DNA of 64,000 nucleotides, taken from contig NC_086118.1 of the NCBI RefSeq assembly GCF_963921235.1, forward strand, positions 26,662,001 through 26,726,000. Reading direction: 5' to 3'. The notes under the pieces were generated by a model, which was not told the origin of the DNA, did no database searches, and was given only the letters and a program-made list of their open reading frames with translations. Each line of letters begins with the position of its first letter. Within the stretch, counting starts at the first letter, position 1. This document shows, one piece after another, positions 49,047-61,450 of the stretch. The DNA comes from Mobula hypostoma. Its lineage: Eukaryota. The position numbers and the translations under genes were made by a program.

Positions 49047-52000
49047 TAGAAACATAGAAAATCTACAGCACAATACAGGCCATTCAGCCCACAAAGCTGT
49101 GCCAGACATGTCCCTACCTTAAAAGTTACCTAGGGTTACCCATAGCCCTCCATTTTTCTGAGCTCCATGTACCTGTCCAAGAATCTCTTAAAAGACCCCA
49201 TCGTATCCACCTCCACCACCGTCACCAGCAGCCCATTCCACACACTCATCTCTCTCTGCGTAAAAAACTTACCCCTGACATCTCCTCTGTACCTACTTCC
49301 AAGCGTCTTAAAACTGTGCCGTTTCATGCTAGCCATTTCAGCCCTGGGAAAAAGCCTCTGACTATCCACACGATCAATGCCTCTCATCATCTTACACACC
49401 TCTATCAGGTCACCTCTCATCCTCTGTCGCTCTAAGGAAAAAAGACCGAGTTCACTCAACCTATTCTCAGAAGACATGCTCCCCAATCCAGGCAACATCC
49501 TTGTAAATCTCCTCTGCACCCTTTCCATGGTTTCCACAGCCTTCCTGTAGTGAGGTGACCAGAACTGAGCACAGTACTCCAAGTGGGGTCTAACCAGGGT
49601 TCTATATAGCTGCAGCATTACCTCTCGGCTCCTAAACTCAATCCCATGTTTAATAAAGGCCAATGCATCATATGCCTTCTTAACCACAGACTCAGCCTGC
49701 GCAGCAGCATTGAGTGTCCTATGGACTTGGATCCCAAGATCCCTCTGATCCTCCACACTGCCAAGTGTCTTACCATTAATACTATATTCTGCCATCATAT
49801 TTGATCTACCAAAATGAACCACCTCACACTTATCTGGGTTGAACTCCATCTGCCACTTCTCAGTTTTGCATCCCATCAATGTCCCGCTGTAACCTCTGAC
49901 AGCCCTCCACACCATCCACAACACCCCCAACCTTTGTGTCATCAGCAAATTTACTAACCCATCCCTCCACTTCCTCATCCAGGTCATTTATAAAAATTAC
50001 GAAGAGTAGGGGTTCCAGAACAGAACCCTGAGGTACACCACTGGTCACCGACCTCTATGCAGAATATGACCCATCAACTACCACTCTTTGCCTTCTGTGG
50101 GCAAGCTAGCACTGGATCCACAAAGCAATGTCGCCATGGATCCCATGCCTCCTTACTTTCTCAATAAGCCTTGCATGGGGTACCTTGTCAAATGCCTTGC
50201 TGAAATCCATATACACTACATCTACTGCTCTACCTTCATCAATGTGTTTAGTCACATCCTCAAAAAATTCCATCAGGCTCGTAAGGCACGACCTGCCTTT
50301 GACAAAGCCATGCTGACTATTCCTTATCATATTATGCCTCTCCAATTATTCATAAATCCTGCCTCTCAGGATTTTCTCCATCAGCTTACCAACCACTGAA
50401 GTAAGACTCACTGGTCTATAATTTCCTGGGCTATCTCTACTCCCTTTCTTGAATAATGGAACAACATCCGCAACACTCCAATTCTCCAGAACCTCTCCCA
50501 TCCCCATTGATGATGTAAAGATCATCGCCAGAGGCTCAGCAATCTTCTCCCTCACCTCCCACAGTAGCCTGGGGTACATCTCATTCGGTGCCAGTGACTT
50601 ATCTATCTTGATGCTTTCCAGAAGTTCCAGCACATCCTCTTTCTTAATATCTACACTCGTACATGCTCAAGTTTTTCAGTCCTCTGTAAGTCATCCCTAC
50701 AATCACCAAGATCCTTTTCCGTAGTGAATACTGAAGCAAAGTATTCATTAATTACCTCTGCTATCCCCTCCGGTTCCATACAGACATTCCCACTGTCACA
50801 TTTGATTGGTCCTATTCTCTCACATCTTATCCTCTTGCTCTTCACATACTTGTAGAAGCTCTATCATTACCTAGTTTTTTGAACCTTTCGTAAGCTCTTC
50901 TTTTCTTCTTCACTAGATTTACAACAGCGTTTGTATACCACGGTTCCTGTACCCAGTATCCTTTCCCTGTGTTATTGGAACAAACCTATGCAAAATTCCA
51001 TGCAAATATCCCCTGAACATTTGCCACACTTCTTCTGTACATTTCCCTGAGAACATCTGTTCCCAATTTATGCTTCAAAGTTCCTGCCTGATAACCTCAT
51101 ATTTCCCCTTACTCAAATTAAACTCTTTCCTAACTTGTCTGTTCCTATCCCTCTCCAATGCTATGGTAAAGGAGATAGAATTGTGATCACCATCTCCAAA
51201 ATTCTCTCCCACTGAAAGATCTGACACCTGACCAGGTTCATTTCCCAATACCAGATCAAGTACAGCCTCTCTTCTTGTAGACTTATCTACATATTGTGTC
51301 AAGAAACCTTCCTGGACACACCTAACAAACTCCACCCCATCTAAACCCCTTGCTCTTGGGACATGCCAATCGATATTTGGGAAATTAAAATCTCCCACCA
51401 TGACAACCCTGTTATTATTGCACCTTTCCAGAAACTGTCTCCCTGTCTGCTCCTCGATGTCCTTGTTACTATTGGGTGGTCTATAAAAAACACCCAGTAG
51501 AGTTATTGACCCCTTCCTGTTCCTAACTTGCACCCACAGAGACTCCGTAGACAATCTCTCCTTTTCTGCAGCCGTGACACTATCTCTTATCAACAGTGCC
51601 ATGCCCCCACCTCTTTTGCCTCCCTTCCTGTGCTTTCTGAAACATCTAAAGCCTTGCACTCGAAGGAACCATTCCTGCCCCTGAGCCATCCAAGTCTCTG
51701 TAATGGCCACAACATCATAGCTCCAAGTACTGATCCATGCTCTAAGCTCATCCGCTTTGTTCATAATACTCCCTGCATTAAAATAGACACATCTCAAACC
51801 ATCGGTCTGAGTGCGTCCCTTCTCTATCACCTGCCTATTCTCCCTCTCGCACTGTCTCCAAGCTTTCTCTATTTGTGAGTCAACCATCTCTTCAGTTTGG
51901 TTCACACCCTTCAGCAATCCTAGTTTAAACTCTCCCCAATAGCCTTAGCAAACCTCCCCACCAGGATATTGGTCCCCCTGGAACAAGTACAACCCCTCCT

Positions 52001-52436
52001 TTTTGTACAGGTAACTCCTGCCCTAAAAGAGGTCCCAATGATCCAGAAATCTGAATCCCTACCCCGTGCTCCAATCCCTCAGCCACGCATTCATCCTTAA
52101 CCTCACTCTATTCCTATACTCACTGTCACATGGCACAGGCAGTAATCCGGAGATTACTACCTTTGTAGTCCTGCTTCTCAACTTCCTTCCTAACTCCGTG
52201 TAGTCTACTTAAAGGACCTCCTCCCTTTTCCTGCCTATGTCATTGGATATCGTGGACGTGATCAGAAACACCCCGGACCCTGGCACCTGGGAGGCAAACT
52301 ACCATCTGTGCTTCTTTCCTGCGTCCACAGAATCGCCTGTCTGACCCCCTAACTATAGAGTCCCCTATCGCTGTTGCCATCCTCTTCCTTTCCCTGCCCT
52401 TCTGAGCCACAGGGCCAGACTCTGTGCCAAAGGCTC
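49047..52436 (-). mobile_element. Long CR1 LINE (end of ORF1, APE endonuclease, RT, 3' UTR), disrupted
   Basis: ORF 51075-51917 has YDVVAITETW, GVFYRPP, VGDFNFPNIDW and LDLVL; then PGNYRPVSLTS, QHGFVKGRSCLT and KFADD; 3' tail at ~49047. Confidence 0.95.
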
Positions 52437-52849
52437 ACTTATACCACAATAGTGTCAAGGCAGTCACACACAGAAGAAAGATGCCAATATTTTAATCAGC
52501 TGAGCAATTTTACCCTTCTTATAATTGCTTTGTGTATACTGTTGGCGTGGCCCACAGTTCAGTTTACCAGATTAAGTAAATGCCACGTCAGCCTCATTAA
52601 TAACACTGAATTCATAAGGAAGCACATGACAAACAAGCAGGTTGCACCTAGTGGGAAATGCATCAGAGAACCATCTGAAGTTTCATATTCCACACAAAAT
52701 TCCCAGAAGTGATAGTGTATGTAAATGAATCTCAGTTTACTGCTGGGATTGTCTGAAGGATGAGGCATTTCAGTTTGTTAATTATTCACGTCTTTCCCAC
52801 TGGGATGTTCCAATTACTGTTGCTGCCAAATATATCTACACCTTTCACA

Positions 52850-53930
52850 TAAATGAAAAATCGTAGAATATCTACCACATGACAACAAACAAGCCATGAT
52901 TCTGACCAAAGAAGCCAATGGATCCGACACAGCAAGACTGCATCACCACTCCAACTCTCTTCTTCATCTCACTTGTTGCCAAATACCACCTCACCTCCAG
53001 CAGCCTTCCTGCTGGAATGAAACAAATCTCAGGATAAATGGGAAATCGTTGAATATCCATCACCTCCTATCCAAAATTAAGGTCACTCCTATTTGTCACT
53101 GAGCTGCAAGTACGGAGAGCACTTGATTACGTGCACATTTACAGGCCAAGCTCAAGCCATTATTGAGGCATTCATTGAAGAACGGGGATTTCAGTAAATA
53201 TCAGCAGATTCATGGTCCTCTACTAATCAGTTTCTGCTGCACACCATCTCCAGCAGATATATAAAGGTCCACTTGGAGACCCTAGAAAATGCATCTCACT
53301 CGCTACTATATCTCAGAAGTTACCTTCCAGCTAAGGCAGACAAGGAAGATGAAATTAACCACCACCATTCTTTGACTCACTGACGTGAAGTGTGTTCAAA
53401 CACTGAAAACCTAGCACTAACCTGATGAGCTACAGAAGACCAAAGATGCTTCGTTTCCTGTATGTTTTAGAGACATGGAGTATTTGTACCCAAAACACTG
53501 GAGAACTACCACCAATCTTTCAAATTACCTGGATGGAATTAGCAAACCAGTGACAGCATCCTAACTCAGACCAACAACATTAACTCTCAATTTATACGTT
53601 TGGGACATTGGTGACAGATAGGCCACATCATCCATATGCACTCTACTTCGAGTTCCATCACAGGAGTAGATTGCCAAGAGAAAACAGGAAACAGTTCAGT
53701 GTTGTTCTCAGTACCTCCATGAAAAAAATGTCACATCTTCACTAATTTGTGGATATCCCTGACCCTCGAGGAAAGAAAAGGGCAAAGGAGCAACTGAGAA
53801 AGCTTCGCGTCTCTTCACTAGGTGCTCAGACAAGCCAAGCATAAGCTGTGAAAAAAACGCAGAACCTTATCATAATACCTCCTGCATGTGCTGGGATGAT
53901 GTGTCTGGATCTCACATCAGCTAAGCTAGA
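52850..53930 (+). mobile_element. Highly degenerate RTE-like LINE
   Basis: Scattered similarity to the 1528-2897 RTE through the RT and C-terminal region; no intact ORF. Confidence 0.4.
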
Positions 53931-55302
53931 ATTCCGCAGACCTGCAGTGGAAGCTGGTTGGCGCGCACCCGCTCAGCTACCTTACAATAAACAGCAGAAA
54001 CATTATTTAGTGATATTTAATTTTGCTGACAGCATTTGAGAGTAATTATAGTCAAATGCCTTAAAGTTAGGGAAATATTAGCTTGGGAGCCTACAAATCT
54101 TACTCAAATTCTACTTTATTGATCCTGTAGTCAGTTAATTCCTCAGCACTTATTTCCTGCTCAGTATCATACCTGCTGTCGTGAATCATGCACAGTACAA
54201 TTATATTATTACATTAAGTGTGTAAAGTTAATGCAAAGTGTAATTGTTGTTGACAACATTTTACCAAGTTCTTAATGGATATAGATTAATTTAGATTAAT
54301 AAGTTTAAAGTCTCCACTAAAATATGAAATGAAGGAATTCCATGCAAACTCACTAATCATTCACATGCTAATATTCAGAGAACGTAAAAAATCTGAATGT
54401 TAATAACAATTGCTCATCAGTACATGCAGTTACTGCAATGAGACAGATTATAATGGAGATGGGTAGCAGGCAGCATGAAGCCTTGCACCCTTCAACTTGA
54501 ATATAATTTGTGCTGTAGCTTTGTTTGAAGTACAAGGTGACAATAAGTAAACAAAATACTAGGATTCAAGGAAATGCAGTGACTCAGAGATGTTGTCTGA
54601 CCTGTTGAATGTTTTAGCATTTCAGCTTTTTATTAATTTCAGATTTGCAGCACCTGCAGATAGTGAATTTTTTTCTACCTTAATATCCCTTTGGTATTTT
54701 AGTGTCACATTTGTTTCATAACTTTCCAATGGAGTTTTTATATTAATTTTACTATATTAGCTGCTATATAAAACAATTATTGATTGTTAATTATCCTTAG
54801 TGAATTTAAAGGACGATTCACTGAGATTTCCTTACACTATATGGTTTTATTAAAATTATTATTTTTAGACTTCTAAAGGATGCAGAATAAGAATCGATTG
54901 CTGTTTTCCCGCATGGTGGTGCATGTGCAGAATTCTTCACACAATGATTTGGCTTTATTTCAATCTTTAACTTGAGTTACACATTCTCAGTGTGATGTAG
55001 CCTTCTAGAAGCTACCACTAATAGGCAATACCAGATTTTTCAGCCTCTCCTGAATCTGTTCGAAGTATTTTGTTATGGAATTTTGTACAGTATATGTCAC
55101 CTAGAGATTCATTTTTTGCAGGTATTCACTGCAGAACAAAGATGTACAATAGAATCAAGGAAAACTACATTCAAACAAAGATTGAAAATCAACCAATGTG
55201 CAAAAGAAGACAAAATGTGCAAATACAAAAACAATTATAATAAATAAATATGTGAATAAATAATAATGACAACATGAGTTGAAGTGTCCTTGAAAGTGAG
55301 TT

Positions 55303-56562
55303 CTGTTGAAGTCAGAAGTTTACATACACCTTAGCCAAATACATTTAAACTCAGTTTTTCACAATTCCTGAAATTTAATCCTAGAAAACAATCCCTGTCT
55401 TAGGTCAGTTAGGACAGGGGTCCCCAAGCTTTTTTGCACTGCGGACCGGTTTAATATTGACAATATTCTTGCGGACCGGCCGACCGGGGGTGGGGGGGGG
55501 GGGGGGAGATAGGGTTGCCAACGAACAAGAGTAGCAGTCAAATACGTTGAGTTTACCCCGAGAAAGACTACCATGACCATGAAGCCTTGCGCGGGCACCA
55601 GTGCGCATGCGTGTACATGCCGCCATTTTCTACAAATTGGCGATTCGGTTCGGGGTGGTGGGGTGTTAATCACGACCGAAATATAAGTGAAAAGTGGCTA
55701 ATATACTCAGTTTCATTTCTAAAAGGGTTTATCTAACGAATTTAATATTAAACACACAGTGCATATTTTCCTCGCACGAATATAGTGGTAAGCCAATTAT
55801 AAGTCACTTATAAGTCAATAGTATCATAACATTTTAAGTAACGTTTGGATATTAAACACACAGCACATATTTTCCCTGTATGAACATATAAAATCATTGC
55901 AACACACCAATGCTAAATCAGTGGGAGCCCTGGGTTTGTTTTCCTGCAACAAGATGGTCCCATCAAGGGGTAATGGGAGACAACGATACTCGAAGGGGGT
56001 TCCTTATGTCCGGTCTATTCTGCAATTAAGTTTTCGTTGCATTCATTGCAGAAAACCCCGCTTCGCAGAGATATGATGTTGGAAATGGAAGCAACGTTTT
56101 CAGTGCTTTCGTGGCTATCTCATGATATTCAGCCTTTACTTTGATCCAGAATGTCGGCAGAGATGTTATGTCAAACGTACTTTTCAGCCCACCATCATTT
56201 GTAAGCTCGAGGAGTTGATCTTCTTCCCGCGCTGACACGGATGACGCATGGGTAATGACCTCACGTGCGTTCAAGTTCAACAGTGCGTGACAGGGAATGA
56301 GGAAAGGTGCAGCTGATTCATATCGCTAAATCATATGATTTCCTCGCGGCCCGGTGGTTGGGGACCGCTGAGATAGGATCACTACTTTATTCTAAGAATG
56401 TGAAAGGTCAGAATAATAGTTGAGAGGATGAGTTATTTCAGCTTTTATTTCTTTCACCACATTCCCAGTGGGTCAGAAGTTTACACACACTTTGTTAGTA
56501 TTTGGTAGAATTGCCTTTAAATTGTTTAACTTAGGTCAAACGTTTTGGGTGCTTTCCATAAG
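55303..56562 (-). mobile_element. Sleeping Beauty-like Tc1 transposon: right IR/DR and transposase C-terminus, split by a hAT element
   Basis: ctgttgaagtcagaagtttacatacaccttagccaaatac... with inner DR cccagtgggtcagaagtttacacacact at ~56464; the minus strand then encodes PKRLT*VKQFKGNSTKY*. Confidence 0.85.
55415..56370 (-). mobile_element. hAT-Charlie non-autonomous element
   Basis: TIRs CAGGGGTCCCCAA and TTGGGGACCGCTG; 8-bp TSD agttagga (55407-55414) / agatagga (56371-56378); FWIKVKAEYHEIATKALKTLLPFPTSYLCEAGFS dimerisation-domain fragment. Confidence 0.92.
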
Positions 56563-57527
56563 GAACTTAATACTGGTCACATTTCAAAATCTAGAATGAT
56601 TCCATTCATAAACAATGTTGGAAAGTTACAATCACCAAGGAATGACATCCTTAAACTCGAATGACACCCTTAAAGCTTTGAATTATTCTTGCTAATTATG
56701 TATTGTACAAAGAATTCTTTATTTCAATCTTTAACTTGAGATTTCAACATAGATTCTTAAATTATTAAAACAAACAGCAGGTCAGATATAATGTGTGAAG
56801 GGAAAAAAAAACAAGTTAACGTTTCACGTTAATAACAGTTGTCAGAATTTTTAATTATTTAAAGAATTCTTCCCTTTCATTTATCTTTGTTGGGATCTAT
56901 GCATCAAAATTTCATCAGCAAAGACAATTATTTCTAAGTTACAATTCCTCCTCCAAAATACATTGGCGTCTGCTGGTTGAATTGTACAGGTAAGCCATAA
57001 GTTAGCTCCTAGGGTGCTTAGAAAATTGTTCGGATGGCAAGAGAGTACTTTTAATTGATTGAATATTGAATTTTTGTTATGTAATGTGTTATTGGCAATA
57101 TATTACTGCTTATACACTGCCAACATAAACATAACTTCTATCACAGCTTAAGGAACCGACATTGACTTATTTTTTTCACGATCTTTGATCTTACTGCAAT
57201 GCGGTTCCCTGTGGAACATTGTTGATACATGCTTTTACACACTGAGTACCAAAGGTCATATTGGAACTATTTTGGCCTCATTGCATCCAATCAACAGGTG
57301 CCACAGAGCATCCTGAAAAGATATAGTGAACAGAATATGAACTGGTGCTTCCCTACCGATCAGTTGGTCTCAGAAAGCAAAAGGAACTTTACTTTGTTAG
57401 AGCCATAAAGTTACAAGATGAACTATTTTATGATTCGCCACTCTTCCTATGACAATAATTTTATTTTTATTGTTATTTGGAGTTATAGCAGAGTATATAA
57501 AAAAGCTAAATATATAAAAGTTCAAAA

Positions 57528-59727
57528 AGCTATCTCCTTTACTATGGCATTGGAGAGGGATAGGAACAGACAAGTTAGGAAAACATGTAATTGGAACAAG
57601 GGGAAATATGAGGCTATCAAGCAGTAACTAGGAAGCATAAATTGGGAACAGATGTTCTCAAGGAAATATATGGAAAAAATGTGTCAAATGTTCAGAGGAT
57701 ATTTGCATGGAGTTCTGCATAGGTATATTCCAGTGAGATAGGGAAAGGATACTGGGTACAGGAACCGTGGTGTACAAAGGGTGTTGTAAATCTAGTCAAC
57801 AAGAAAAGAAGAGCTTATGAAAAGTTCAGAAAACTAGGTAATGATAGAAATCTAGAAGATTATAAGGCCAGCAAGAAGGAGCTTAAGAAAGAAATTAGGA
57901 GAGCCAGAAGAGGCCATGAGAAGGCCTTGGCAGTCAGGATTAAGGAAAACCCCAAAGGCATTCTACAAATAGGTGAAGACCAAGAGGATAAGACGTGAGA
58001 GAATAGGACCAATCAAGTGTGACAGTGGAAAAGGGTGTATGGAACTGAAGGAGATAGCAGAGGTATTAATGAGTACTTTGCTTCAGTATTCACTACGGAA
58101 AAGGGTCTTGGCAATTGTATGGATGACCTACAGCGGACTGAAAAGCTTGAGCATGCAGGTATTAAGAACGAGGATGTGCTGGGGCTTTCGGAAAGCATCA
58201 AGTTTGATAAGTCACCGGGACTGGATGAGATGTACCCCAGGCTACTGTGGGAGGTGAGGGTGGAGATTGCTGAGCCTCTGGCGATGATCTTTGCATCATC
58301 AATGGGGATGGGAGAGGTTCCGAAGGATTGGAGGGTTGCAGATGTTGTTCCATTATTGAAGAAAGGGAGTAGAGATAGGTCAGGAAATTATAGGCCAGTG
58401 AGTCTTACTTCAGTGGTTGGTAAGTTGATGGAGAAGATCCTGAGAGGCAGGATTTATAAACATTTGGAGAGGCATAATATGATTAGGAATAACCAGCATG
58501 GCTTTGTCAAAGGCAGGTCATGCCTTATGAGCCTGATTGAATTTTTTGAGGATGTGACTAAACACATTGATAAAGGTAGAGCAGTAGATGTAGTGTATAT
58601 GGATTTCAGCAAGGCATTTGACAAGGTACCCCATGCAAGGCTTATTGAGAAAGTAAGGAGGCATGGGATCCAAGGGGACCTTGCTTTGTGGATCCAGAAC
58701 TGGCTTGCCTACAGAAGGCAAAGAGTGGTTGCAGATGGGTCATATTCTGCACGGAGGTCAGTGACCAGTGGTGTGCCTCAGGAATCTGTTCTGGGACCCT
58801 TACTCTCATGATTTTTATAAATGATTTGAATGAGGAAGTGGAGGGATGGGTTAGTAAATTTGCTGATGACACAAAGGTTGGAGGTGTTGTGGATAGTGTG
58901 GAGGGTTGTCAGAGGTTACAGCAGGACATCGATAGGATGCAAAACTGGGCTGAGAAGTGGCAGATGGAATTCAACCCAGTTAAGTGTGAGGTGGTTCATT
59001 TCAGTAGGTCAAATATGATGGCAGAATATATTATTAATGGTAAGACTCTTGGCAGTGTGGAGGCTCAGAGGGATCTTGGGGTCTGAGACCATAGGACACT
59101 CAAAGCTGCTGCACAGGTTGACTCTGTGGTTAAGAAGGTATATGGTGCTTTGGCCTTCATCAATCATGGAATTGAGTTTAGGAGCCGAGAGGTAATGTGC
59201 AGCTATATAGGACCCTGGTCAGAGCCCACTTGGAGTACTGGTCTCAATTCTGGTCACCTCACTTCACTACAGGAAGGATATGGAAACCATGGAAAGGGTG
59301 CAGAGGAGATTTACAAGGATGTTGCCTGGATTGGGGAGCATGCCTTATGAGAATAGGTTGAGTGAACTCGGCCTTTTCTCCTTGGAGCGACAGAGGATGA
59401 GAGGTGACCTGATAGAGGTGTACAAGATGATGAGAGGCATTGATTGCGTGGATAGTCAGAAGCTTTTTCCCAGGGCTGGAATGGCTAGCATGAGAGGGCA
59501 CAGTTTTAAGGTGCTTGGAAGTAGGTACAGAGGAAATGTCAGGGGTAAGTGCTTTACGCAGAGAGTGGTGAGTGCGTGGAATGGGCTGCCATTGACGGTG
59601 GTGGAGGTGGATGCGATAGGGTAACCCTAGGTAATTTCCAAGGTAAGGTCATGTTTGGCACAGCTTTGTGGGCTGAAGGGCCTGTATTGTGCTGTAGGTT
59701 TTCTGTGTTCTGTGTTCTATGTTTCTT
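57528..59727 (+). mobile_element. CR1 LINE, 5'-truncated, same family as 49047-52436 and 29485-32685
   Basis: KSPGLDEMYPRLL, NYRPVSLTSVVGK, DFSKAFDKVPH, KFADD; tail ctgtgttctgtgttctatg. Confidence 0.93.
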
Positions 59728-59729
59728 AG

Positions 59730-59930
59730 CCCTTTCTGCCCAATTACACCATGTGACCAAATAATCTATTCAACTGGATGTCTTTGGAATGTGGGAGAAA
59801 ACCAGAGCACCAGGAGGAAACACATGTGGTCACGGAGAGAACATACAAACTCCTTACAGACAGCAGTGGGAAGTAAACCCAGGTCGCTGGTGCTGTTATA
59901 GCATGACACTAATCGCTGCGTTACCGTGTC
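59730..59930 (-). mobile_element. tRNA-derived V-SINE/HE1-like SINE
   Basis: Minus strand has a tRNA-like head and the ggagtttgtatgttctc...gggtttc-type core; related copies at 60475-60790, 20325-20500 and ~460-820. Confidence 0.65.
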
Positions 59931-60474
59931 GATAAAGGTAACTGTAAACAAGCATCTGTCTAAAGGGTTCACAGATGAATCAATGTAAGGACAAGAAATA
60001 ACAAACTAAATTAAAACTCAAGGAAAACGGAAAGTTGTCCATTAGTAGGAATTAAGAAGTAAACACATTAAACTAGTGGGATCTAGAAGAAGCAAAGTAT
60101 AAAATAATATCACTGTTGGACAAAAACTGTAAACCATCTAAGATGCAAATAGAGCTGAATCGGAGTTTAATGATCTGAATGATTACTTAGTTCAACTATT
60201 CATCAAGGACCATATGAATCACATTCCTTACCTGAGCAGAAATAACCTAAGTAGAATTAATTACCCAAAATAAATGAGATGGAGGTCTTTCTAGGCCAGA
60301 AGTCTTGAGATTCTATGATTTCTTTTCCTACAATAAGATGGGATATGTTGCTGCTTTCCAAATTTGCTTTGGCATGATAACCAATAGTAAGTACAGTACA
60401 GTGTGCCTTGACAAGTGAATGTAAACTCATAGTGCATCTTTGTGGACATGTCAAAAGTACTGTAATGATTCTCA

Positions 60475-60790
60475 AAGAAGATAAAGATTACCTTTATTTG
60501 TCATGTGTACATTGAAACATCGAAACGCATAGTGAAATATATTGCTTTGCATTAAACCGACACAATTCGAGGATTGTGCAGGTTGCAGCCCGCATGTGTC
60601 TCCACACTTCCAGCACCAACATAACAGGCCCACAACCCTAACTGAATGTAGGAGGAAAGCAGAGCCCTGGAGGAAGCCAACATGGTCACAGGGAGAATAT
60701 ACTAACTCCTCAGGGAGAGCAACGGGAATCAAACGCCCATTGGTGATCGCTGGTACTGTAAAGTAATTGCGCTAACCATTAAGCTACTAT
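60475..60790 (-). mobile_element. V-SINE/HE1-like SINE
   Basis: Same head and core as 59730-59930, with a LINE-type tail. Confidence 0.6.
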
Positions 60791-60864
60791 GTGAAAGCTT
60801 ACATGAGTTACAGAGGGAGACCTATGTTTGGCAGAGGGAGACTTATTTTTTTTAGAATATGAGA

Positions 60865-61450
60865 ACACTCAATCCTCTTTTATTGTCATTTAGAAATGCA
60901 TACATGCATTAAGAAATTATACAATGTTTCTCCAGAGTGATATCACAGAAAACAAGACAGACCAAAGACTAACACTGACAAAACCACATAATTATAACAT
61001 AAAGTCACAGCAGTGCAAAGCAATACCATAATTTGATAAAGACCATAGGCACAGTTAAAAAAAGTTCTCAAAGTCCCGAGTCGATTGACTCCCGAGTCCC
61101 TGATAGCAGGCGGCAAAAGGGAGAAATTCCCTGCCATAAACCTCCAGGCACCGTCAACTTGCCGATACCTTGGAAGCAGCCGACCCCAGCTGACACTGAG
61201 TCCATCCGTCTGAAAACTCTGAGCTTCCGAGCAGCCTCTCCGATACAGCCTCCCGAGCGCCTTCAACCCGCCCTCCCCCTGGCCGCTGAAACGCGCAAAG
61301 CTGAGGATTTCAGGGCCTTCTGCTCCGGAGATTCCGGTTACCACACAGTAGCAGCGGTAGCAAAGCAGTCATTTCAGAAGTTTTCCAGATGTTCCACTGT
61401 GCTCTCATGTCTGTCTCTATCAAATCAGAATTGTGCACGGTCCCCTATTT
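60865..61450 (-). mobile_element. Non-autonomous LINE-derived element, CpG-retaining and so probably young
   Basis: Minus-strand 3' end tgacaataaaagaggattgag; GC-rich body; no recognisable protein. Confidence 0.5.

Noticed and set aside
52645..52660. Second CTCF-like motif (CCCACTAGGTGCAAC, minus)
   Set aside because: Lacks the GGC end of the core; weak match.
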